A DNA stretch of 64,000 nucleotides from Chiloscyllium plagiosum (lineage: Eukaryota), in NCBI RefSeq assembly GCF_004010195.1, contig NC_057718.1, forward strand, positions 30,324,045 through 30,388,044, in the 5' to 3' direction. Positions 53,166 to 64,000 of this stretch are shown here, one piece after another (within the stretch, counting starts at the first letter, position 1; each line of letters starts with the position of its first letter). Both the position numbers and the translations under genes were made by a program. The notes under the pieces were generated by a model. That model was not told the origin of the DNA. It searched no databases and was given only the letters and a program-made list of their open reading frames with translations.

Positions 53166-54088
53166 TTCATAGTCATAGAATCATAGAGATGTACAGCATG
53201 GAAACAGACCCTTCGGTCCAACCTGTCCATGCCGACCAGATATCCCAACCCAATCTAGTCCCACTTGCCAGCACCTGTCCCATATCCCTCCAAACCCTTC
53301 CTATTCATATACCCATCCAGATGCCTTTTAAATGTTGTAATTGTACCAGCCTCCACCACTTCCTCTGGCAGCTCATTCCATACATGTATCACCTTCTGAG
53401 TGAAAAAGTTACGTCTTAGGTCTCTTTTATATCTTTCCCCTCTCACCCTACGTCTATGCCTTCTAGTTCTGAACTCCCTGACCCCAGGGAAAAGACTTTG
53501 TCTATTTATCCAATCCATGCCCTTCATGGTTTTATAAACCTCTATAAGGTCACCCCCTCAGCCTCCGACGCTCCAGGGAAACAGCCTTAGCCTATTCAAC
53601 CTCTCCCTATAGCTCAAATCCACCAACCCTGGCAACATCCTTATAAATCTTTTCTGAACCCTTTCACAACATCTTTCCGATAGGAAGGAGACCAGAACTG
53701 TATGCAATATTCCAACAGTGGCCTAAACAATGTCCTGTACAGCCGCAACATGACCTCCCAACTCCTGTACTCAGTACTCTGACCAATAAAAGAAAGTATA
53801 CCAAACGCCGCCTTCACTATCCTATCTACCTGCGACTCCACTTTGAAGAAGCCATGAACTGCACTCCAAGGTCTTTGTTCAGCAACACTCTCTAGGACCT
53901 TATCATTAAGTGTATAAGTCCTGCTAAGATTTGCTTTCCCAAAATGCAGCTCCTCACTTTTATCTAAATTAAACTCCATCTGCCACTTCTCGGCCCATTG
54001 GCCCATCTGATCAAGACCGTGTTGTAATCTGAGGTAACTTTCTTCACTGTCCGCTACACCTCCAATTTTGGTGTCATCTGCAAACTTA
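53166..54088 (-). mobile_element. HER1/CR1 LINE, 5'-truncated at the RT FADD motif
   Basis: ORFs 53641-54006 (WAEKWQMEFN..LYRTLFRPLLEYCIQFWSP) and 53255-53527 (FFTQKVIHVWNELP..FKRHLD). The 5' end reads KFADDT. Confidence 0.92.
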
Positions 54089-55338
54089 AAAACTCCTTTT
54101 TAATGTTAGGAGTTTATTTAAATTACATCATTTCATTCAAGTAACCACTTTAAATTTGATTTTAAGAATAGGTGGGCTGAGTATTCTGTGGACTTATCCA
54201 ACTGTCCTTCTACGTTTTTGGCCAGAAGTTAAAATCTATATGCAAATCCTGAATGAATGAATGATTAAAATGGAGAATGAAGTGTTTCCAAATACCCCAC
54301 TGAAAACCTTATGTATAAAAATCCAAATCATTTACATAAAACAGCATTGAGTGCCAAAATGGACCTGATACAATTGAATAAAGAATCCACAATGTCACAA
54401 GTTGTCATTTTAATCTTCTTGTGTACCATTAGGGATGAAGCATAGTACGCCTTTTGTATCACATTGCAGTTTACGTGTCATATTAATGTCCTACCATCCC
54501 TACCATCCAGTTTCTTTTTACCTTCCTGAGAGATAAAGGGTGATGAGTATGAACAACATGTTAGTGTCTAGTCCAACTTGTAATTTATGTTTGTATTAGG
54601 TCTGAGATAGTGAGCACATATTTTGAATGTGCCCTCAAAAGGGATCTTGCAGCATATTTTGATATTTGTATCTGAGAGGTTATAATTCTTTGTGGTGTAG
54701 AAATCCATCAAGTTGGTGCTGGAGTCCCTGTGTGATTCTTAATGATCATCAGATCTTGAAACCATTCATCCAGATTAAGTTCAGATCAGAATTTCAAGTG
54801 CATTAGTCACCAACTCCCACTTTTCATTTACCTACATTGATGATTTGTCATAGAACTGTCAAATGATGCACTCATTGGTACTTGTGATTTGAATCAACCT
54901 AACTCCATTTCCTGAAATGTCTTTGCTAAGACCTTGCAAACTAAATAGCTCTGTTTCGTTACATAATAAGCAGTATGGGTAGCATTAGTCCAAGTGATGG
55001 ATCAATTTCAGGTCAATTTTCTAACCTTTAACAGTCTTTGCATGCTTTGATGGATTTAGAAATGGGGCTTGATAAAAATTTGCAAGAAGAACAATTTTTT
55101 GTGATTTTTATACATAAGGTTTTCAGTGGGGTATTTGGAAACACTTCATTCTCCATTTTAATCATTCATTCATTCAGGACTTGCATATAGATTTTAACTT
55201 CTGGCCAAAAACGTAGAAGGACAGTTGGATAAGTCCACAGAATACTCAGCCCACCTACTCTTAAAATCAAATTTAAAGTGGTTACTTGAATGAAATGATG
55301 TAATTTAAATAAACTCCTAACATTAAAAAGGAGTTTTT
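54088..55338. repeat. 236 bp inverted repeat (54088-54323 and 55103-55338) with 779 bp spacer
   Basis: The arms are reverse complements; I found only 2 mismatches by manual comparison. Confidence 0.95.
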
Positions 55339-55409
55339 GTATAAAAGTGGGGGTGGGGGGGGGGGGGGGGGGTGAAAACATCCCATTATCTTTATATAAG
55401 TTACTTATG

Positions 55410-56340
55410 ACCATATGAAGTAGGAACAGGAGGAGCCATTCAGCCCCTTGAGCCTACTCTGCCATTCAATTGGATTGTGGCTTATCCGAAATTCCTCATG
55501 TTCACTTTCCTGTGTTTTCCCCATAACCTTTGATTCCTTACTGGTCCATAATCTTATCTATCGCAGCCTTAAATATACGAAAGGACTCTGCCCCCACAGC
55601 TCTCTGTGGCAAGGACATCCAAAGCCTGTCAATCTTCTGAGAGAAGAAGTTCTTCTTCATCTCAGTCTTAAGTTGGGACCCCTTTTACTCTGAGACTCAG
55701 CCCTCTGGTCCCAGACTCTCCCAAATAGGAAACATCCTCTCAGTATTTACTCTGTCAATTTTCTTAAGAATCCTATTTGTTTCAAGTAAGATTACCTTTC
55801 AATCTTCTATGCTCCAGTGAGTAGAGTCCCAACCTGTTCAGCCTTTGCTTATAAGATAATCCCTCCATACAAGGGACCATCATAGTGAATCTTCTCTGAA
55901 CTGTGTTTCCTTAAATAAGGTGTCCAAAACTGCTCGTAGCACTCCAGATGTGGTTTCTGTGAGCAGTATTGGTCCCCTTGATCTGTTTTATATCCGTCCA
56001 GCCTTCAATCTGACCATGACTGATTGTTTATTGTAAGCCTACTTTCCTGCCCACTGCTCATATCCATCAATTCCCTAAAATACCTAAAATATGCCCAGCT
56101 CAATATATTCAACAAAAATTTACATCCAAAACTCACTGGAGTACAGAATTCAAAAGATCCACAACTTCTTGAGTGAAATTTCTGCTCATCTTATTCCCTA
56201 GATGATTAACTTCTCATCCAGGAAATATATCCTCATATTCTAGATTCCCCCAACAGTAAAAACACTACTTTGTGTCTACTTTTACCAAGCACGTTTGTAG
56301 TCTTGCATATTTCAATAAGACCATTTATCCAACTTATCAT
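55410..56340 (-). mobile_element. Two adjacent older CR1 3' ends (about 55410-55955 and 55975-56340)
   Basis: Antisense tails gccattcagccccttgagcctactctgccattcaat and gccttcaatctgaccatgactgat. Confidence 0.7.
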
Positions 56341-56994
56341 TGTATGACAGGCCTCTCATCCCAAGTATTAATCAAGGTACAAAATGCATGGGTCAACAGG
56401 TACATTTGCCCTCAAAGACACCAAATATCCTGGATTATTCAATCTCGTGAGCGGCTAACCAGAAAAATGACATCAATGTGTGTGGAAGTAACAGACATTG
56501 AGGATTTGCTCCAATCAAGTGCTGTTTCCCTCATCATTTTGTTGCTAATAGACTCAAGTAAGCAATGGGAAGGTGAATGACAGTGCATTAACCTGATTAC
56601 TGGAGCAGTAGTGAAAGAGGTTGTGAGGGTTGGCAGGGACTGGAGAGACTGTGGGGTAGGGGGACAAAGACTGTGAGGATGAGAGGAAAACTGGACATCC
56701 TATCGACAAGTGAATGCTTCACTAACTAGGAGCCAGGAAATCTTGAAGTCACTAAGGTAATGAATTCCTTGCAATTGAATTGCGGAGTCTCTAGTGCAAG
56801 GTCAGTATAATTTCAGAAGTTCTATAGGGAAAAATGTAATGAGTGCTATTGCAATGTCTTAAAATCCTGTACAATTGTAGCAAGACTTCCTTATTCTTAC
56901 ACTTCAGTCCTCTGCAATAAACTCCTTTATGCCATTCACCCTCCAGATTATTTGTGAAACCTGCATATTGATTTGCCATATTCCTTGTATGCAT

Positions 56995-57965
56995 TCATAG
57001 AGCATACAGCATTTAAACAGACCCTTCGGTCCAACTCATACATGCTGACCAGTCATCCCAATTTGACCCATTTGGCAGCACTTGGCCCATATCCCACTTA
57101 ACCCTTTCTATTCATAAACCCATCCAGATGTCTTTTAAATTTTGTAATTGTACCCACCTCCACCACTTCCTCTGGCAGCTCATTCCATCAATGTACCACT
57201 GTGCGTGAAAACGTTACCCCTCAGGTTCTTTTTAAATCTTTCCCCTCACCTTAAACCTAGGTTTGGACTCCCCTACCCTAGGGAAAACACCTTGCCTATT
57301 AAGCTCATCCATATCCCTTGAGATTTTATAAACCTTTATAAGGTCACCCCTCAGCCTCCAATGCTCCAGCCTATTCAGCCTCTCCTTCCAACTCCAAGGA
57401 ACAGCAGATGGAGTTTAATTGGATAAATTTGAGACATTGCATTTTGGTAAGGCAAACCAGGACAAGACTTATACAATTAATGGTAAGGCCCTGGGGCGTG
57501 TTGCTGAACAAAGAGACCTGGTGGTTCAGATGGATAGTTGTTGTGGTTCTGTTCGCCGAGCTGGAAGTTTTTGTTGCAAACGTTTCGTCCCCTGGCTAGG
57601 CGACATCATCAGTGCTTGGGAGCCTCCTGTGAAGCGCTTCTTTGATGTTTCCTCCGGTGTTTATAGTGGTCTGTCCCTGCCGCTTCCGGTTGTCAGTTTC
57701 AGCTGTCCGCTGTAGTGGTTGGTATATTGGGTCCAGGTCGATGTGTTTGTTGATGGAGTTTGTGGATGATGCCATGCCTCTAGGAATCGGGTCCTTTGTT
57801 CTGGTGAGTTGTTGTCTGAGCGTGGCTGTTGGTTTGTGTAGTTCTTGGAAAGTGGAGTCACAGATAGATGGGTGGTGAAAAAGGCATTTCACATGCTTGT
57901 TCTCATTGCTCTGGACATTGAGCATAGGAATTGGGACGTTTTGTTGGGACTGTTCAGAACATTTA
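56995..57965. mobile_element. HER1/CR1 copy with an inverted upstream segment (3' part on minus, 56995-57385; upstream part on plus, 57400-57965)
   Basis: The minus part matches 53166-53605. The plus part encodes QMEFN..LHFGKANQDKTYTINGKALGRVAEQRDL..KVESQID..LFRT. Confidence 0.8.
57536..57837 (-). mobile_element. Penelope-like element, internally deleted 3' portion (family C-related) with hammerhead core
   Basis: TLRQQLTRTKDPIP, FLEAWH and SINKHIDLDPIYQPL motifs. gca-ctgatga-tgtc...gac-gaaacgtt-tgc. Splits the CR1 sequence. Confidence 0.85.
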
Positions 57966-58069
57966 AAATACACTCAAGTTCTTTTGAATATCAATGAATA
58001 CAAATTTCATTGCTTTCTATAACTACATCTGTGTTTCTATTACTACCAAAATGAGTATTTCATGTCATG

Positions 58070-58322
58070 GAATTACAATGTGGAAGCAGACGTTTTGGCC
58101 TATTGCATCCACACCAACCCTTGGCAGAGCATCCCACCCATTATGGGCAATCCACCTAACCTGCACATCTTTGGACTGTGGGAGGAAACCAGAGCACCCA
58201 GAAGAAACCTGTGCAAACATAGGGTGAATGTGCAAACTTCACATAGTCAGTTGCCCAAGGGTGGAATAGAACCCAGGTTCCTGGCATGGTGAGGCAGCAG
58301 TGCTAATCACTGTGCCATCCTG
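58070..58322 (-). mobile_element. HE1-type V-SINE (diverged)
   Basis: Head and V-domain recognisable. Confidence 0.85.
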
Positions 58323-58339
58323 CAACCTTACACTGTAAT

Positions 58340-60420
58340 CCAGCTCCTTAACCTGCCTATCTCTTTGCAGCCTTCTTGACATCCTGTTTAGAACATTCCA
58401 ACCCACTCTATATATCATTAGTAATATCAGGTGCATTGCCTTCTGTCTCTTGATCATTCATATGAATTTCAAATAGCTGAGACCCAAACACTGACCCTTA
58501 CAGCACTCTGCGAGTCATAGGATGTGAACTGGAAACGTCAGTTAATTCTTACTCTCAGATTTCTGTCTGTTAACCAATACTCTATCCATGCTAATGCATT
58601 CCCCTCAATTTTAGCTTTTGTATTAATGTTTTGTGTGGCTCCTTATCAAATGCCATTTTGGAAATCCAATTATACTACTTTCACCAGCACCCTTTTTTTA
58701 CTTTACCAGTTAATTACTCAAAACTCCAATATATTTGTCAAACACTATCTCCCCTCACATATATTAACTTTGGCTGATTATAGTATAGTTGATTTTCAAT
58801 ATGCATTGTTAAGTCTTCCTTAACAATGGATTCCAACATTTTCCTGACAACTTATGTCAGATTAACTGGTCTCCAATTGCCTGCTATCTCTCTCCTTTCT
58901 TCCTTGAATAGTGGAGCAAAATTGGCTTATCTCCAATCTGCTAGAACTGTTCTTGAATCTGGGGAGTTTGGGAAAATTATAACCATTATATCCTCTGTCT
59001 CGACAACTATTTCTTTTCAAAATTTAGGACATAGGCTATGAGATCCTAGGGAGTTGTGGGATTTTAACTTTCTCTCATATATTTCCTTTGCTAATATTAA
59101 TTATCTCAAATTCATCACTTTTTATCCACTAGTTTAACCTCTATTTCTGGTACAGTATGTAATTTGCACTTTATCCTATGAAGATAAATATTTCTTGCCT
59201 AATAGTCTAGAAGAAAAATTCAATAAAATTTGCAAATGACACATGCCAGCCTGATTCTTGTTTAATTCAGAATAGAGCTTCAGTACAGCCAGTACGTTCA
59301 ATTCCAAGCATTAATTTTTTTTTTACTGTTTCTTCCTTTTTGAATCTATGCATTTCCCTGTGCCCCATGATAGTTTCTTGTTCTGACTGTATGGAACCCA
59401 TATTTATTTTAGCTACTTTTTTTATGTACTTAAAAAGCTCTTGTATCTATTTTTATATTCCAGGTTAATCTGTTTGTTTGCTGGTTTCTCTGCCCTTTGA
59501 CTTTCTACTTTTCTTTGCTACATCGTAAGCCTTTTTTTTCATCTAGTACAATCCTTCACTTCTTCAATAAGCCATGGCTAGATCTTTCTTGCTGGTTTTT
59601 TTCTTAAGGAATGTATTCTTACAAGGTATTGTTCCTTTACATGTTTCCCACTCAGTCTACCATGTGCCTTGCAGTCCATTTATCCAATTGGTCTTAGCCA
59701 GCGCATCCCTATGTAATTGGTTTTGTTTTAAGTTCTTGTTTTGGGACTGGAGTGCATCACGAAAATTTAATATGGAATTCAATTGTGATATGATCTTTTT
59801 CTCAGCAGATTGTTTGTGATTTGATTATTAATTAACCATTTCTCATTCACAATAATAGATTTGTAATAGCTTTACTCACTAATTGGTTCCTATGTATTGT
59901 TCCAGGGAACTGTCATTAAAGCATTTTGCAAACTCATTTATTAGATCTGCTTTGTCAGTCTGTCCAGTTTGTATAAAGATTAAAATCTCCACTATTATTA
60001 TATTACCTTTATTACAAGCTCCAATTATTTCTTGCTTAATATTCTTTCCAGCAGTAAGACAATTGTTGCAAGCCTATAACTATTCCTACCAGCATTCTCT
60101 GGTCTTTATTAGATTAGATTAGATTAGATTACAGTGTAGAAACAGGCCCTTCGGCATATTCTTTCCAGCAGTAAGACAATTGTTGCAAGCCTATAACTAT
60201 TCCTACCAGCATTCTCTGGTCCTTATTGTTTGAATCACCACCCATATTAATTGTCCATCATGATCACCTGAGGCAAGATCCTTTCTCCTGACTTTCCTAT
60301 GTCATCCTTTCCTATCCCAGCTACTCTCCCTTTCCTATTCCACCTGTCTTTAAGTGTTACGCACTCTGGAACATTTATTACCCAATTTTTATCACCTTGT
60401 CTCAGTATTGACAATTAGGT
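58340..60420 (-). mobile_element. Long, very degenerate CR1 (RT to APE region)
   Basis: Antisense ccttatcaaatgccattttggaaatcc (DFQKAFDK-like), gtcagattaactggtctccaatt (YRPVSLT-like) and ctccaatct..gaactgtt..gaatct. Confidence 0.6.
60111..60155 (-). mobile_element. 45 bp HE1/HER1 3' tail flanked by a 72 bp direct duplication
   Basis: (agatt)4acagtgtagaaacaggcccttcggc lies between 60039-60110 and 60156-60227, which differ at 1 position. Confidence 0.9.
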
Positions 60421-62059
60421 CTAATCCATATCTCTATTAGTGCCACTAGGTCATTTATATTATTGCAAATGCCTCATATATTCAGAGAATAAGAAAAGGT
60501 TTTATTTTTACTACTCTTAATTATATGGATCTTATTGCACTGTTCTCATTCAATTCTCTCTGCCTTTCTGCCCCCTTTGTTTGTTGTTAGACAAATTGCT
60601 ACACTATTCTGCAATCTCAACCTTACTCTTAAGTTTCTAAGTTTTGCTTCAAGTGAGCTCTGCTCCTCCCCTTACTCGCTAACTGCAATTTAAGACACTG
60701 TCCGGAGCTCTGTTCATATGATTTGCCAAGACACTGGTCCTTGCCCTGTTTTAAGTGGAGCCCATCCCAGAGGAATAACTCCCTTCTTTTATCTGTGTAT
60801 GGTGCTAATACTATATGAGTTAAAACTACTTCCCCCTACCATGCTTTGAGTCATGTATTTAACACTCTAATTTATTTGATATTATGCCAATTGGTTCAGG
60901 GCTGAGAGGGCAATCTAGAAATGATTATCTTTTGAAGTTCTGTGTATTTATTTAGACCTTAATCTCCTTAAACTCTCATCAGAACTTCATTCCTGGTTCT
61001 TTCTCGATCTTTGGTTCCAACTTGGATTTTGACAACTGGATCCTTCTTCTTCTTGTTTGTTTTCAGTTGTGTGATGACCTTCCCCTTGGCATCAAGCAGG
61101 TCACTGATGTCCTTTAGGGAAGAAAATCTGTTGTGCTGACCTGATCTAGCCTACATGTGATTCAAGCACCACAGTAATGTGGTTGACTTGTAACTGCCCT
61201 CTGGTCTATTAGGAATGGACAGTAACCCACATCCCATCACAAATATAATAAAAGTTGCAATAGCTTTTGGAACTTATGGCTGTAGCTATTAAGATTATCT
61301 ACCATTCTAGCAGTTTTGTTCATTTTCCCCAACTTGAATGGCATCCTGCTGCAGATACTCACCAAGATGTAATCACATTCCAGAAGTTCCCACATGTTGA
61401 CCTTATGGCACACTACCTTTTATTTGATTATGTAACAAAATTAGTAAGCTCCTGTGACATTTCTAGAAATGCCATTTAAAAGTAGACAGCTGTTAGACTG
61501 GAGTGTTTGGCTTGAAATTGAGATTTAGGAGAGACTTCCAATGTTGATTGTACTGTTGAAAACTCCTTGGGAACATGATATGGATTACTGTGGGTGGGTA
61601 CTGATTCATGGGAACACCATCTTGCTGTCCTGTATGAACTGCAGCTCATTATGAAGTTGCTGTCACCCACCTCTAAGTGTAGGAAATGACATTGTCTGCT
61701 CCTCTAGTGTAATAGAGAGAAACCAACTCCTCGCTAATTTCTAACTAGCAGAGGCTCATGTAGTTAACAAGATATAGTTTACTGCATGTTAGCAACAAGT
61801 TGCAGGTGACATTGACAGGCGTTGTTATGGAGACTTTGAGGACAACTAGATTTAAAAAAAAGGTGAAGCAGAGACCTGCACTTGATGTACTTTCTGCTCA
61901 CAATGTGTTCTCTATATTGGGGAGACAAAGCGCAGACTGGTCGACAGTTTTGCACAATACTTACGTTCTGTCTGCAAAAATTATCCCGAGGTTGCCTGCT
62001 GTTTTGCTGACCATGTTCCCTGGCCAACATCTTTGTCCCGGGCTTGCTTCACTGCTGCA

Positions 62060-62520
62060 ATGAAGCTCAACAAAGCTGCGAGAACAGCATTTCAGTTTCC
62101 ACTTGAGAACCTGCAACCTTCTGGATTTAATATTGATTTCAATAATTTTAGGGCCTGAGCACTTGCTCCCATGTTCTTACCCCAACCCTCACACACCGGG
62201 CCTTGTCATCATATGGCCGGCTACCACACACATTGACAGCCATTAATGATCCCTGTTAGCAGCTATTCATTCCCCAGGCCAACCTTAACCCACTGCTTTG
62301 TCAGCCCAACTGTGTTACTCTCTGTCTCCAGGCTGCATCTCCCATCTCCCACCTCTTTCTCTAACATATGTGCCAACCTTTTTCTAGCTACAATCAGTTC
62401 TGCAGAAGGGTCACTGGATCCGAAACATTAACTTTGCTTTCCCCCCTCAAATGCCGCCTGGCTTGCTTAGTTTTTCCAGCAGTTTCTGATTTCCAGCATC
62501 TGCAGTACTTTGGTTTTTTT
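62060..62520 (+). mobile_element. Penelope-like element 3' end (family B), degenerate
   Basis: Relic of EAQRKLEEQHLIF.LGTLQPSGLNIDFNNF (GIY-YIG C-terminus). agtt-ctgcaga-agggtcactggatcc-gaaacatt-aact at about 62396-62433. Confidence 0.75.
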
Positions 62521-64000
62521 GTTGCAAGCAACTAGATATCGGATCTCACTCCTTAAGATTCTAAGCTGTCCTGTCCACAAGATATCATCATAGTGTGTGA
62601 TGATATGGTACTAGCCAGCATTAACCCTTTCAGGTCCTTGTATAACAGTTTGTCGTGGAGGTTGGGGTTGGGGTTGTGTTCACTCGCAGCAGAGGAAGAA
62701 AATCATGTTTAGGCATAATTTCTTGATTACAGAGATAAAACTAATTGAGAATCAAATCTTCTTTGTGTAACAAGTGTGTCTCTGGGAATGTATGTGGTTT
62801 TGACTGTGCAATATGGATATTTTAAATCAACCTGTTCCGGTCTGTTATTGCACACCTTGGAGCAGATGGGTTGTGAATCCGGGCTCTCAGGTGAGGATAC
62901 TACCAGTGCGCCACAAAAGCCTGACCTCAAAGGTATATAGTTACATGCCAAGCATGCAGACTGCCGGCTGCCTGATTTGGTGATTGTATGAAAAAGCTCC
63001 TTCAATCAGTCTCTTTAATTGTTCTATTGTAGCTACTGATTGCTGGATGAAGGACCAATCGCAGCAAGGTGGAGCAAACTGAACAGATTTCAACACCTCT
63101 CCATGACTGACCAGCAAGACTCGTCTTTCTGCAGAATTAGTGCCCTCATCAGCTTTTTTTCTTCCATCTCCTGAAAATATGGTGTTTCATCAACATGGAA
63201 AGGTTGAGTTGCTGGCCTGCTGTGCAGAAAAATAACTGGAGCCTTCTGGTAACTTTTTAAAGTGGCTGTTGTGCATATGATACTTGACAGTGAATTTCAA
63301 TGAACTATTCAGTTCTGGTGATGAGCTTAGAAGGGGGAAACCTTGTCTTTATCATGCAGGCTCAAGTTTTTGTTAAATATGTGGTGATAACTGGCTAGGC
63401 AGGGCAGAGTAACATGTATTCACAACTATGTTATGATACCATGTCATTCTGAGTTGTTACTGTTATATAGCAGTATATAGATAATCCTTTTTGATTTGAG
63501 CAGTGTGGATGCATAGGACAGTGCAGTATACCTGCATAGGTGAAGAGACACCTGCTGTTCAGAAAGGGCAGCTGCAGGTTTGAGCTGTCTCTTGGCATTA
63601 CCACCAGGGGGAGTGTGATGGATTATTTATCTTGATATCTTGGCAGCTATAGGTGGCAGCAGTTCCTGTGCAATAAGATTTCACACACTTAGAACCTTGC
63701 TTACATTTTTTTAATAGAAGCCACATACAATTGCAGTATTTCTTGTGCTCCTTCGTTGGTTGATTCAGCAGGAGGAATCACTTTGTTTAAACTGCAACAA
63801 ATGGTATATCAAAATGAAAAAAAAGAGGAAAAGAGATTATTTTAAAAATGGTCTTCTTTAACCAGATGTCTGAATAGATTGAATCAGTAGTGTATTTCTA
63901 TAATGCTGAAGGCAGCTCTGATTTTGGCAATAACACAGTAATAAGACAGTGCCAGTGCCTCTAGCTGAATTGAGTATTATTGGAAGTCTTTTGTCCCTTG

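Noticed and set aside
1..64000. CRISPR array, prokaryotic defence operon or endogenous viral gene
   Set aside because: No regularly spaced repeat-spacer array, no operon-like ORF density and no recognisable viral protein. The sequence is eukaryotic repeat-rich DNA.

Overview
This is a 64 kb, AT-rich, repeat-dense vertebrate genomic window, almost certainly from a shark. The evidence is many HE1-type V-SINEs with (TCTAA)n tails, their partner HER1/CR1 LINEs and Deu-domain SINE relics. It reads as intronic or intergenic DNA. I found no intact protein-coding gene, RNA gene or CRISPR array, only two weak candidate exons of an unidentified host gene. Nearly all ORFs in the track are chance ORFs or transposon remnants. 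Recognisable content includes about 10 HE1 SINE copies, many CR1 fragments, a 2.6 kb old CR1-clade LINE, a fairly young 3 kb Tx1-clade LINE nested in an RTE relic, and L2 relics. There are also at least three to four Penelope-like (PLE) families whose ends carry minimal hammerhead-ribozyme cores. The most notable structures are: (1) short PLE-end units with 13-14 bp target-site duplications, fold-back forms and covarying hammerhead helix I; (2) a 236 bp, about 99% identical inverted duplication fused to a CR1 5' truncation point; (3) a 72 bp duplication around a 45 bp SINE/LINE tail; (4) a CR1 copy with twin-priming geometry; (5) a nearby paralogue that reveals the empty Tx1 site; (6) transposon-free TAAT-rich blocks that may be conserved enhancers. 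I see no clear evidence of a wholly new biological system. Family names come from motif recognition, not database searches, and the boundaries of old repeats are approximate.
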